Source of the DNA: a virus
IMG/VR virus record: IMGVR_UViG_3300027985_001833
Span: 14,539 to 78,538 of that record
Length of the DNA: 64,000 nt
Direction: 5' to 3' (one strand)
Part shown: positions 38,455-47,965 of the stretch, piece after piece
How positions within the stretch are numbered: the stretch's first letter is position 1
Layout: every line of letters starts with the position of its first letter
The notes under the pieces: model-generated
What the model was told of the DNA's origin: nothing
Seen by the model: only the letters and a program-made list of their open reading frames with translations
The model's database searches: none
Made by a program: the position numbers and the translations under genes

Positions 38455-39540
38455 CTACTTGCCCAAACTAGTTACATCAACATCTATGGTGCATCTGCAT
38501 TTATAATGATACGGTGGCAAAGCCAAACCAGCTTTGACTAAAGCAGCTGAATCCTTGATACCAATTTTCCCAGCAATATATCCTGGCGTAGAAGAAATTG
38601 CCATTATCTGCGCAGCCGTCATCCAGGGTTGAATTTGTTTAACATCTTCAGGTTTTTTAGCGGCAATTATTGCGTCCATTTGATATAAACCATCTTGAAC
38701 AGAGAACGTCTTACCCTCTAAATGACCACAACGCGGACAAGTTCTGTTATCTCCAGGATTTACAATTGTATATTGCGTGACTCCAACTTCTTGAAAGCTA
38801 CGCAATTGGGAAAACACCCTGGATGTGGTGGTCACATTTGCTGCAAATCCTTCAAAATATTGCTTAGCTGTACCGTTGAAACCGCCTGGAACGCTAATGT
38901 TCTGTGATACCTCTTTGAGTCTCTCTTGCAACAGCTTGCCCGCAAGGGCGGTATTTTTACCCGCTTCCAAAACGGTCTCTTTGACAGTCGTAACAACCGT
39001 GGCCAATACGTTTTCGTCATAATGTGAGCCAATCCAATACAATTGATGTTCTTTAATTGCTTCAATAGCTCCATAATCAATCAAATCATAAACCGGCAAG
39101 ATGCTCGCCTTGGCTTTGGCAACCGGTTCAAATTTAGGTGTTCCGTATCTCAAAGAACTATTGATTGTTCTGGTTGCTTTTTTGTATCCAACATCCCTGC
39201 CTAATCGATAAACATTCTTTAATTCTTGAGTAACAACTTTGGAAACAGGCGCGGCCCAAGAGTTGTATATCTTGTTTAATTCTTCTATTATAGCATTAGA
39301 TTTTTTGCCATTTTTTACCATCGAAGAAGCTTTGTTGATGGCTCGTGCGGAAACTTCGTTCCATTTGTTATTCATATATGAACGCATTCGCTTTTCTTTT
39401 CTTGCCATAGATGATAACTCAGAAATTTTGAGCGCTTTAGCGATCATATCGTCAAATAAATACGAAGCAATATAATTTTGCTCCAAATTATTCATGATCG
39501 TGTGTTTCGTCCATATCGCTAGACCACTTTTCTTCCACAA
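38455..39540 (-). CDS. head morphogenesis protein (MuF/SPP1 gp7-like)
   Basis: D.RTC..C..L.G..F and PPYH..CRC. Confidence 0.88.
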   Translation of the reverse strand: MWKKSGLAIWTKHTIMNNLEQNYIASYLFDDMIAKALKISELSSMARKEKRMRSYMNNKWNEVSARAINKASSMVKNGKKSNAIIEELNKIYNSWAAPVSKVVTQELKNVYRLGRDVGYKKATRTINSSLRYGTPKFEPVAKAKASILPVYDLIDYGAIEAIKEHQLYWIGSHYDENVLATVVTTVKETVLEAGKNTALAGKLLQERLKEVSQNISVPGGFNGTAKQYFEGFAANVTTTSRVFSQLRSFQEVGVTQYTIVNPGDNRTCPRCGHLEGKTFSVQDGLYQMDAIIAAKKPEDVKQIQPWMTAAQIMAISSTPGYIAGKIGIKDSAALVKAGLALPPYHYKCRCTIDVDVTSLGK

Positions 39541-41161
39541 AAGTTCTGGCTTTCAACAAGAAATCGATAAAAGCATTATCATCGTTATCATTGTTATACA
39601 ATGACTTTAAAGCTGTTATTTGTTGGCCTGGCTCCGAAGGTTCTGCTAAATTTTTCACAGCTTTTGCCATAGTCATCGAAAACGGAACATCAGGGTTAAA
39701 ATCATCAGGAAATGGGGGCAATTCCATTCCAAGTATATCTTGTAGCAAAATCCTTGCTATTTTAGGAGTCATACCACCGGTCTTTTCTGCTCCAGCAAGA
39801 ATTTTAACCAAATTTTGATTATCTGTTGTATTTGGCGTATTTGTTCTAAAAGTGTGATAAATTATACCCATATGCGGAAACATAATTCTATTTATGAATT
39901 CATCTTCAGAATTTCTTTCTGGTGAAAAAATTTGTTCGTCGGCCAAAATCCTGCTGCTATCCGCCGTGGCTCTAGTATAATCGTCTGCGTTTCCAACAAA
40001 AATTGGTGGCAAACGAAAAGATCTTCTGATGTTTTCCTTGGCATTTTTACTATAATTTTGAAAAAGTGCATCTTTGTGTTGATTATTTGTCAACGGTTTG
40101 ATATCTATTTTCATTTGTCCACCGTCTTCGCCTTCAACCAAACCTTCCGCCTCTAATAACAAAAATTTACTATAATCGTTTGAACCTTTTATTGATTCAG
40201 CATATTCTTGAATCCTTTGTATCGAGGCTTCATTCAATTGACCGTTTGAGACTGCAATAATCATCGATGGAACGTTGTTGTTCTTGAATGTTATAAAATT
40301 AATTTCTTCTGCTGCTCTCAAACCGTATATGGATAACAATTGCCCTATGATTCTAGGCAATCCATATGGTGTTCGTGGTGAATAAATTTTTCTATGGACT
40401 ATTTCAGTGGCTCTTTTCTCCATTGGCGTATTATCATCATATTCACCGGTATCACAATTCATGATTCTAGGATCACCAAATTCTTTGAACCATACAGTTT
40501 TATAACTTGTGCTGGTTGTGATATTACTTGTAGTCCTAAAATTTCTTGATTGAACATATTTTCTGAATTTTCGAGCTTGCTTAATAGTTTTTAATTTCAC
40601 AGAGCCATCTGTTTGAAGTTCAAGGATTGGACGATCATATGTGTAAGGTGTTTCTTCTAATTTCCCCAACAAAACTTGATAACTGGGTATGTGAGCAAAT
40701 GATTGAACGTTATTTATACCATCTCTTATCACCTCATAGTATGAATTGCCTGTAGACTCCAAGTCCTTTCGCAATTTCCTCCTGAAATCGGTATAAGATT
40801 CATCAGTACAATATCCAAAAAAATTATCCAAAAAAACTTTCTCTTCTGATGCTAATTTGGCAAGTTTTTTACCATTTTCCGGGACAATTCTGGAAACAAA
40901 TCTGTATCCGAATCCAACGATATTCACCTCCATGGCATCGAGGCAAGGCGTCAATTCGGTGTTTTGTTCTTGAAGCGTGGCCAAAGTCAGCATATCAAAT
41001 GGCGGCGGAATCACCTTCCCTTCGCTAATTAATGTGGCAAAGGGCTCATCTTCAATTTTTTTGCTTTTTCCAGGCGAGGGAATGGGTTCACTAGCCTTAT
41101 TGATATCTACAATTGTGGTTTTTATACCACGCAACAATTTTTTGTCCATATCACCCTCCAA
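39488..41161 (-). CDS. portal protein (PBSX family)
   Basis: PPFD, D.E.TGN.Y.E+.R, YGLP, F.NN.VP, FRLPP..+G, +F.PE. Confidence 0.93.
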   Translation of the reverse strand: MEGDMDKKLLRGIKTTIVDINKASEPIPSPGKSKKIEDEPFATLISEGKVIPPPFDMLTLATLQEQNTELTPCLDAMEVNIVGFGYRFVSRIVPENGKKLAKLASEEKVFLDNFFGYCTDESYTDFRRKLRKDLESTGNSYYEVIRDGINNVQSFAHIPSYQVLLGKLEETPYTYDRPILELQTDGSVKLKTIKQARKFRKYVQSRNFRTTSNITTSTSYKTVWFKEFGDPRIMNCDTGEYDDNTPMEKRATEIVHRKIYSPRTPYGLPRIIGQLLSIYGLRAAEEINFITFKNNNVPSMIIAVSNGQLNEASIQRIQEYAESIKGSNDYSKFLLLEAEGLVEGEDGGQMKIDIKPLTNNQHKDALFQNYSKNAKENIRRSFRLPPIFVGNADDYTRATADSSRILADEQIFSPERNSEDEFINRIMFPHMGIIYHTFRTNTPNTTDNQNLVKILAGAEKTGGMTPKIARILLQDILGMELPPFPDDFNPDVPFSMTMAKAVKNLAEPSEPGQQITALKSLYNNDNDDNAFIDFLLKARTFVEEKWSSDMDETHDHE

Positions 41162-42665
41162 TTAATCCTGGTTCTATTGTTCTTTTTTTACGTTTTTTTC
41201 TCAATGATGCCGTTATTGCAATATTGTATGCATCAAATAAATCTTTTGGGCCATTGGGGAAAAGAACAAATCTTTCAATTGCAATATGCACTCTTGGCGT
41301 TTTTACAAAAAACACTTTTTTGTCTTCAAAATCAGACGATAATTTCCAAGCACTTGTAATTTTGTCTTTTAAAGTTGTAATCGGCATAACTGGTACTCTG
41401 ATTTTGTTTTCTATTGCCGTATTTTCTGCATTATGGTATTCTTCTTCATATTTCAGATTTTGTATTTGTGCTTCTTGATATGCATTGGATTCAATGCCTA
41501 TTCTGATCGGATTGAATCTTTCATTGAAATCTAATATTTTCTTGGTTTGCGTATTGAATCTATAATGCCCCTCTAAATAATCTAAAAAATAACGATTAAG
41601 TTGTTGATCAATTCCAACTGCTACAATTGCAAACAAATTAGCAGTTTCTGATTGTTTAATTGCTAAATCAACGCCAACATAAATTCTTAGATCTTTTGGG
41701 ACATCAGAAAATTCTATTAACTGACAATCATCATATTGAAATATTTCGCCCTTCATGGCTTCGGTATCGCACATGTATTGTGTATTAAATATGATTAATC
41801 CAGATTTTTTTCTTTTTTCATGAAACCATTCAGGCGGATATTTTTCGTGCCAAGGCGATTGCCCTTTTTCATTCAAAGCTTTGATCACTTGGTGGTGATT
41901 TTCCAATTCACCTTTAATAAGATGTCCATACAAATCTTCGTAGTGATATCTAGTACCCAATCTGTGAAATTCGCCTCTGTGTTCTACTTCTGGATCAGGT
42001 GGTTCCAAAGTTGGTTCTAAAGTTTTGTAATACCAAGTTTGCGTCTTTTTACGCATGTGCTCGGTTCTTGAATTTTCTTCATCGATCAAGTCATCACCAA
42101 TTATAACGTCATAGTGCTTGCTGACAATAGTTGCGTCCACACCAACGCAAGTAACTGATGCTTCTTTGGCATTATGCGTCCTTGGCAACACCTCAATCTC
42201 TTTGTTATCCCACTTGTTAACCTTCCTTGGATCATAATATTCACCAAATATCTCAGTTAATAATTCATTGGATTCGAAATGGCCCTTAATTTCTTTCAAA
42301 AAACCTTCTGCATTTGGTGCCGTTTTACTAGCAATCAAAATCCTGATATTTGGATTTTTTAAAAGTAGATGAATAGTTTTAGCTACTGTGCATGTAGTGC
42401 TTTTTCCGGCGCCACGAAACGCTAATTGCAAATTATCTGGATGCTGAAATTGATAAATCATCATAGATAGGTGATATGGCTTAACGATGTAATTCAAAAT
42501 CTGTGTAGCCAAAATATCTATTCTGTTGTGTTTTAAAACTTGTTTACGAATCCATTGTTTTTTTAATTTATCACAATCCTTGATATCTCTGATGATTTCA
42601 GAACGCTCTTTGCGACCTGTACGGATGTGGTTTTCTAAATCAGGATCAAATAACACAGTTTGCAT
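41151..42665 (-). CDS. terL: terminase large subunit
   Basis: AFRGAGKST Walker A, DVIIGDDL Walker B, GTRYH..DL, YVGVDLA and D.FDA nuclease motifs. Confidence 0.95.
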   Translation of the reverse strand: MQTVLFDPDLENHIRTGRKERSEIIRDIKDCDKLKKQWIRKQVLKHNRIDILATQILNYIVKPYHLSMMIYQFQHPDNLQLAFRGAGKSTTCTVAKTIHLLLKNPNIRILIASKTAPNAEGFLKEIKGHFESNELLTEIFGEYYDPRKVNKWDNKEIEVLPRTHNAKEASVTCVGVDATIVSKHYDVIIGDDLIDEENSRTEHMRKKTQTWYYKTLEPTLEPPDPEVEHRGEFHRLGTRYHYEDLYGHLIKGELENHHQVIKALNEKGQSPWHEKYPPEWFHEKRKKSGLIIFNTQYMCDTEAMKGEIFQYDDCQLIEFSDVPKDLRIYVGVDLAIKQSETANLFAIVAVGIDQQLNRYFLDYLEGHYRFNTQTKKILDFNERFNPIRIGIESNAYQEAQIQNLKYEEEYHNAENTAIENKIRVPVMPITTLKDKITSAWKLSSDFEDKKVFFVKTPRVHIAIERFVLFPNGPKDLFDAYNIAITASLRKKRKKRTIEPGLIGG

Positions 42666-43039
42666 TATGAAGGGTGAATCACATTGAAACCTGAAACATA
42701 AATATCAACGGTACTTGTTGCAACCGCAGTAACTGAAACAAACATAATTCTACCACGAGGTTCAACCGTGAATTCATAGGCAATGCCTGCCCCAACACCC
42801 GTTTTGGTTATAGCAGTATGTTCTTGTATGAATTTGCCAGCAGCATCGGACCACCAAAGGACAGCAACGTTAGCATTAACACCTGCTTGTGGAATCACCT
42901 GAATATGAGCGTACTCGTAATTAGACATATTCATGCCTACTTGTTTATTATTTATCGTTCCAGAATCCGGTACGCCGATGGCCAACCTGTGCGCAACGTA
43001 ATCGGGTGCTTTTTGAGGCGATGATGTTGCGTATGTCAT
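42665..43039 (-). CDS. hypothetical beta-rich structural protein
   Basis: jelly-roll-like composition; abuts terL start. Confidence 0.5.
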   Translation of the reverse strand: MTYATSSPQKAPDYVAHRLAIGVPDSGTINNKQVGMNMSNYEYAHIQVIPQAGVNANVAVLWWSDAAGKFIQEHTAITKTGVGAGIAYEFTVEPRGRIMFVSVTAVATSTVDIYVSGFNVIHPS

Positions 43040-43069
43040 TTTTGCCCTTTCATCAATTAATTGACTATT

Positions 43070-43369
43070 TTACTCCTGGGCAAACCAGTGAAATTTTTCA
43101 CCTGAAACATTTAAATCCGTATCTGCTCCTAATTTAAAGCCATCAGACAATGGCGTGATACCACCACTAGTGATGAATGCAGTTGTGCCTGCTGCAATTG
43201 TTTTCATACCGCTAGCGTCGGCCATCGAAGCAGTCCAAAATGCCATACAGTCACCTGTTTCATTAAAAATTTCAACTTTTTTTGGTCGAAATCCAACAGT
43301 TCTGATAGAAATTTCCGCTCCAGTTCCAAAATGTGCGCCTTCTCTTGTCCTATTCACACCTGCTCCCAT
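43070..43369 (-). CDS. putative decoration/structural protein
   Basis: G...GTGA...I..+GF.P..V, GF.+G.D..+N..G...+W.A; strong GGAGG RBS. Confidence 0.6.
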   Translation of the reverse strand: MGAGVNRTREGAHFGTGAEISIRTVGFRPKKVEIFNETGDCMAFWTASMADASGMKTIAAGTTAFITSGGITPLSDGFKLGADTDLNVSGEKFHWFAQE

Positions 43370-43391
43370 TGTTCACCTCCATGTTGTGAAT

Positions 43392-43464
43392 GAATCCTTG
43401 ACGGCTAATATATCTGGGCAAAATGTTAGCCTGTGACATAACGTCACTAGGATTCTGTATCCTA
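43392..43464. other. intergenic multi-stem (three-way-junction-like) structure
   Basis: GAATCCT/AGGATTC encloses GGCTAATAT/ATGTTAGCC and GTGAC/GTCAC hairpins; competing TAGGAT/ATCCTA. Confidence 0.45.
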
Positions 43465-43532
43465 AATACGTATAAATCATAATCTCTATGCACTAAACAG
43501 TCTAGTTTTTTCGATTGCAAAACCATGAGTCA

Positions 43533-44183
43533 TTAATTGTGTTCAATTTTTCTTACTTTTGTTCTTTTGTTCTTCTTTTTTTTGATGATTTTGGATTTGT
43601 ACGTAATTGATTTGTTTTCATTTTTGTCTTTGTTTTCTTTATTCAAATCAAGCGCCGGTCCATCATACAGATGATCATTCGGGGATGGCAATGCTGTTAT
43701 ATCAACCACCTCTGTTCCTGAAACTAAACTATTCAATTCTTTTATTTTTTGTTGCATCAATTCATTTAATTTACTATCTGTCAAATCAGCAATGAGCACA
43801 CCGAATAATGATTCGGTTTTGGCTGGTGCTTTTTGAATCAAACCTGTGTCTTGCCCCTTGGTAAAAATCCTATCTATGATTTCCGATCTTGTTCTGATAG
43901 CACCAACAGCGGCGTTTGATGATTTTGGATCATCTTTATATATTTTAATCATTTTTGTCAAATCATTGATATTTACCATCTGACTAATCATGTATTCCAC
44001 ATATACATGTTCAATTGGCATGCGTCTCAATTCATCGGCTTTAAAATCCAGCATCTCGGATTTCAATTTATGAATTTCTTCCAAATCCAACCCAAGCTCC
44101 GATGCCGCCTCTTCATCGCTATAACCAGCGGTTAATGCATTGAACAATATAGATATGGCATGAATCAATTCTTTTTTTTTCAT
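43533..44183 (-). CDS. putative terminase small subunit
   Basis: N-terminal HTH (GYSDEEAASELGL), helical oligomerisation region, basic tail; upstream of terL. Confidence 0.65.
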   Translation of the reverse strand: MKKKELIHAISILFNALTAGYSDEEAASELGLDLEEIHKLKSEMLDFKADELRRMPIEHVYVEYMISQMVNINDLTKMIKIYKDDPKSSNAAVGAIRTRSEIIDRIFTKGQDTGLIQKAPAKTESLFGVLIADLTDSKLNELMQQKIKELNSLVSGTEVVDITALPSPNDHLYDGPALDLNKENKDKNENKSITYKSKIIKKKKNKRTKVRKIEHN

Positions 44184-44185
44184 TT

Positions 44186-44668
44186 TTACTTTTCTTTGCT
44201 TTTAAATAAATTGATTGTTTTATTCCTAAAACCACGATTTTTCATTCGTTTTTTTGCTCTAAAAATCGCTAACATTTTTCGTTCTGACATCCTGTTTAAC
44301 CAATTAGCACATTCCACAGTTTCTAGCCAATCAATTTTTCCAGCAATATCATTAAACCAGTTTACATAATATTTAGATTTCGTTTTTTTCACAAAATCTT
44401 TATACAACATTTTGTGAAATTTTTTATGCTCTTTATTGCCCCATTGAACCATAAATTGTAAATTAGCAATGACTTGGTCCAACGTATATCGCTCTATGCA
44501 ATACGGTTTCAAACAATCAACAAACAAGGTTTCAATGTTATTGCCACATATAAATTTCCAAATCCTGCTATTTACACAATAAACAATAACATAATCAGAC
44601 GGATCTTCGGTGAATATTTTTTTGCCGTTTATCAGTATTTCTCTTTGTTTCATGGCCAATCGCATCAA
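44186..44668 (-). CDS. hypothetical protein
   Basis: co-oriented, tightly packed ORF. Confidence 0.5.
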   Translation of the reverse strand: MMRLAMKQREILINGKKIFTEDPSDYVIVYCVNSRIWKFICGNNIETLFVDCLKPYCIERYTLDQVIANLQFMVQWGNKEHKKFHKMLYKDFVKKTKSKYYVNWFNDIAGKIDWLETVECANWLNRMSERKMLAIFRAKKRMKNRGFRNKTINLFKSKEK

Positions 44669-45168
44669 AAACGTATTGACTTTTCGTCGATGTTTCCTGC
44701 ATAGATGTCTTCGCCTCTGATTTTAGCCTGAAAACCTCTAGCAAAATAAATTCCAAATCCACCCAACATCCAAATTGGTGCAATAAAATAAACGAAATTC
44801 CAAAATGTTGATGTGATCAACGACAACATCGTTATCATTAATGCTATTATCGTTGAAAATAATTGATTCCCTTCCCATTGTTCACAATGGATATGCTCAT
44901 GACGTTCGATATTGGTGTCCAGACCATTTGCTTTGGTAGCGTATTGTTTATAAAGAGCAACATGGCCAAGATTTATGCCATCAAACTCATATTTTCCAAA
45001 TTTAAACAAATAATTTTTGTTTTTACGTTCGCATTGAAGTACCAATCCTTCGATATGAAGATTTTTTCCAAAAAATGGTCTAAATACTAATACAACAAAC
45101 AACCAAAGGACAATATCAATTTGCCACGTCCATAATAAAGTCAAATAATAATAATATGGAAATTTCAC
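44665..45168 (-). CDS. membrane protein with HExxH zinc-peptidase-like motif
   Basis: GINLGH...RHEHIHCEQW flanked by TM segments; C-terminal Y..N..E. Confidence 0.6.
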   Translation of the reverse strand: MKFPYYYYLTLLWTWQIDIVLWLFVVLVFRPFFGKNLHIEGLVLQCERKNKNYLFKFGKYEFDGINLGHVALYKQYATKANGLDTNIERHEHIHCEQWEGNQLFSTIIALMITMLSLITSTFWNFVYFIAPIWMLGGFGIYFARGFQAKIRGEDIYAGNIDEKSIRF

Positions 45169-45380
45169 ATCTTGCTCCTTTCACAATATCTAATATTTTT
45201 TTCACCTTCTAACCCCGCCCCACGCTGTGACACCTTTAAATCCACATAATCATATAAATCAGAAATATGCTGGGAAAAAAGTAATAAAAGTTTTTCTTCA
45301 CGTTCATTCAAAACCATATTGCCTTTCGATAAAAGACCTTGCTTGATTTCGCTTTTTATTTGCTCTGCCTCTTTTTTCAT
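45165..45380 (-). CDS. hypothetical protein
   Basis: RBS AAGGGG; overlaps next start. Confidence 0.5.
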   Translation of the reverse strand: MKKEAEQIKSEIKQGLLSKGNMVLNEREEKLLLLFSQHISDLYDYVDLKVSQRGAGLEGEKNIRYCERSKM

Positions 45381-45404
45381 CTAATTCCCCTTACAATTCT
45401 TTGC

Positions 45405-45487
45405 GCCGATGGCAGGAACCGCCCCTGCTCATTATCCCAGCTGCACCGTTGCTCGGCTGCCCTTGGCATTTTATGGCTGGCATCGGC
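45405..45487 (-). ncRNA. candidate structured ncRNA (83 nt, multibranch)
   Basis: GC-rich intergenic island: GCCGATG/CATCGGC closing stem, CCAGC/GCTGG, GCCG-AGCAA-CGGT, GCAGG-7nt-CCTGC. Confidence 0.5.
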
Positions 45488-45511
45488 TGATTTGTGTCAA
45501 ATCGAATTCCT

Positions 45512-45862
45512 TTATTGTAGAAAATCTAACCAATCATAAAAATCCTTTAAATCATAAAATATTGCTATGTTATGTTTTTTTGCATATTCTATTTCGCCCA
45601 AAGTACCTGCCGACATTTCCCAACCTTTCACGACCACCATAGCATCACAGCGACTTAGCATATTTAGGGTCGCTTCGATCCAAAAACCCTCACTCAAAGT
45701 GCCTGACATATATCTGCTAATTGTATGGGGACATATCGCCACCGCTCCATGCGAATACACTTGAAAACTAATTTCTTCTGCTGCCCTGATATTTTTTTCG
45801 ACCATCCAAGCGTTGCCAGCCCTATATGGTCCGGCAATATATATCATTTTCATTTTTTTCAT
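45512..45862 (-). CDS. nucleoside 2-deoxyribosyltransferase-like (DUF4406/DUF1937-type) protein
   Basis: IYIAGPY, CPH, L.RCDA+....GWE.S.G...E+.YA. Confidence 0.82.
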   Translation of the reverse strand: MKKMKMIYIAGPYRAGNAWMVEKNIRAAEEISFQVYSHGAVAICPHTISRYMSGTLSEGFWIEATLNMLSRCDAMVVVKGWEMSAGTLGEIEYAKKHNIAIFYDLKDFYDWLDFLQ

Positions 45863-46080
45863 TTTGTATCTTTTTTCCTTACCATAAATGTATCAGTCAT
45901 TTTGTTTCTTTTTTCTTTAACGTAGACAAATGAATCAAAAAAATCAGATACGAAACAAAATTGCTCGTGCCCTCTTGCTCTGCTAATCCTCCCCATCGAA
46001 ATAACCTTAAGTACTCTTTTGATGACATCATACAACCGCATGCCGTCATCGTAATGTATTATTATCTTCTTTTTAGCCAT
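45859..46080 (-). CDS. hypothetical protein
   Basis: GAGG RBS; G+IS......FCF. Confidence 0.55.
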   Translation of the reverse strand: MAKKKIIIHYDDGMRLYDVIKRVLKVISMGRISRARGHEQFCFVSDFFDSFVYVKEKRNKMTDTFMVRKKDTK

Positions 46081-46137
46081 GAAATCAATCCTCTGTGTTC
46101 ACCTACCCATCTTTTCGGCTTGTTCACGCATCATTGC

Positions 46138-46998
46138 CTATGAATAAAATTCTACAAATTCTGTTTTTATTTGATTTACTAATTCACCAATGGCGATTTC
46201 AATAATCCAACCGCCAACATGCGCTGCTAAACCTTTGCGCTTCATGAACGGGGTTTGCTCCTGAAAACAACCTGCCTGTAACGCTTTGACATTACGATAC
46301 CTTGGCATGTATTCGGCTTTGTGAAAATGCCCGATGCCAAGTATGTGTGGTTTCTGGCCGCCCTCCCAAGACTCAATAATTTTTTGAGATTTATACGAAA
46401 GTGCGTACGCAGTGCCACCATCAGGATGAACAAGTGCAATGCGCACATCTGTTGTCGGTAAATTGACCGCTATTTGACCAAAATCAGCACCGACGAAAAA
46501 AAAATTTTTACAACATGCTTCAATCTGCGGACCAACGGCTAATCCTATTTCTCTGGTAAAACTGGCATCGTGATTGCCTGTGATGAAATACGTCTTTGCT
46601 TTGGACGGAAGTTTTTTGATCAAAGTTGATAATACGTCCATTTGTCTATCAAAACCAACTTCACGCAATTCAAACGTTTGCCCTCTATATATGCCATGGC
46701 CATCTAAAATATCGCCAGCACAATAAAAATCCCTTATGCCTTGTCTAAAGGCGTATTCGTAAAACGATACCAATGCGCTCTCGTTGCGATATAGCGAACC
46801 AATGTGCCAATCGCTAGTTAATGCTAATTTATATGATTTTCCTTTAGCAGCTATTTGGTATTTTTTTCCAGGTTCTGTTAATGCAAAGACTTTTTGCTGC
46901 TCTATTCGTAGCTGTTCTTGAAGTGCTCTATATTCCCCTTCGGTTATCGGTTTCTTGAATTCTGTCAGTTTGCGTTTTCTTGTTTTTCTCTCCGCCAT
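46138..46998 (-). CDS. calcineurin-like metallophosphoesterase
   Basis: SDWH, AGDILDG, GNHD, HP, GHFH. Confidence 0.92.
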   Translation of the reverse strand: MAERKTRKRKLTEFKKPITEGEYRALQEQLRIEQQKVFALTEPGKKYQIAAKGKSYKLALTSDWHIGSLYRNESALVSFYEYAFRQGIRDFYCAGDILDGHGIYRGQTFELREVGFDRQMDVLSTLIKKLPSKAKTYFITGNHDASFTREIGLAVGPQIEACCKNFFFVGADFGQIAVNLPTTDVRIALVHPDGGTAYALSYKSQKIIESWEGGQKPHILGIGHFHKAEYMPRYRNVKALQAGCFQEQTPFMKRKGLAAHVGGWIIEIAIGELVNQIKTEFVEFYS

Positions 46999-47292
46999 TT
47001 AACACATCTCTTTTAATTTTTTTGCAACAGATTTAGAACCTGTCCATATGAACCGCCGACCGCATGCCACACGATAGTCTTCAAATCTACGCGCATATCG
47101 TGAAATTGCATAAATACTCAAATCGTAATTCTCCACAAACTCTCTTTGCCACATCCAGCAATCACCAAGATCTTCTAACGCGTCCTCAATTTTTTTCATC
47201 GCAGGTTTGCTAAAAGTTGGCAATTCATCAACCGTCTTTTTCATAATTTTTGGTTTTCTTGCTCTTGGCATGCGTAATCCTCCATTCTTCAA
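46999..47292 (-). CDS. hypothetical protein coupled to the phosphoesterase
   Basis: abuts downstream gene; GGAGG RBS before MPRARK. Confidence 0.55.
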   Translation of the reverse strand: MKNGGLRMPRARKPKIMKKTVDELPTFSKPAMKKIEDALEDLGDCWMWQREFVENYDLSIYAISRYARRFEDYRVACGRRFIWTGSKSVAKKLKEMC

Positions 47293-47323
47293 TACGCATC
47301 ATGACTAAATTTTCAAATAACAA

Positions 47324-47350
47324 TCATTATCTGTTTGATACAGATAATGA
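47324..47350. terminator. perfect 11-bp hairpin (possible terminator or operator)
   Basis: TCATTATCTGT-TTGAT-ACAGATAATGA in AT-rich intergenic gap. Confidence 0.4.
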
Positions 47351-47547
47351 AAAAATCGATGTTAGAATATTTATGCTTCATAAGCCATATACTATTATAT
47401 TATACGGCCACATAAATTATTAACAAACGATTGCGCATTGCCAATAAACGAAAAAATATTCAATATATTCTTTTCACCAATATATAATGATCACTTAGAT
47501 ATCAACGCATATTTATTTGCTAAAATAAATAATTATTTTTTTGATAT

Positions 47548-47931
47548 TTAAACATCAAATCCGTTTTGTTTTTTTTCTTCGCATGTGCAATTATCACACC
47601 CCGTACATTTCTTTGATTCTGATAATTCCTCATTGCAATTGCATATTCTATTTTTCAACACAATTGTTTTAAGGAATTTCCATTTCCCATCGCAAATTAC
47701 ATCCATCGCGGCAGTCATTATTTTTGATTGCTCAACGCCGGTCTCAACCTCCAACAATACATTATCACTTATTAATTTATAAATTCTACCTGCATTCGTC
47801 GCAATTAATGCTTTCAATTCATTCTTTCTATTGGGCATCGCATCCAATTCACTTTGATAAGTTTTGTTATCATTCAATAAACGAAAACATTCGACCGCGT
47901 TTTTCATTATTTGAGTAAATTTATCACTCAT
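47548..47931 (-). CDS. hypothetical protein with Cys-rich C-terminus
   Basis: CNC...CTGCDNCTC. Confidence 0.5.
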   Translation of the reverse strand: MSDKFTQIMKNAVECFRLLNDNKTYQSELDAMPNRKNELKALIATNAGRIYKLISDNVLLEVETGVEQSKIMTAAMDVICDGKWKFLKTIVLKNRICNCNEELSESKKCTGCDNCTCEEKKQNGFDV

Positions 47932-47965
47932 TTTACACTCCTTGTTAAATTCTTAATGCTGAAGT

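Noticed and set aside
1114-43436. Many plus-strand ORFs in the track (e.g. 1585-2052, 6758-7321, 19129-19716, 37480-38115)
   Set aside because: Antisense shadows of well-supported minus-strand genes, with no motifs recognised.
45405-45487. Canonical tRNA, SAM riboswitch or hammerhead ribozyme
   Set aside because: No TTCRA T-loop, D arm or anticodon arm; SAM-I and hammerhead core nucleotides are absent. Kept only as an unknown RNA candidate.
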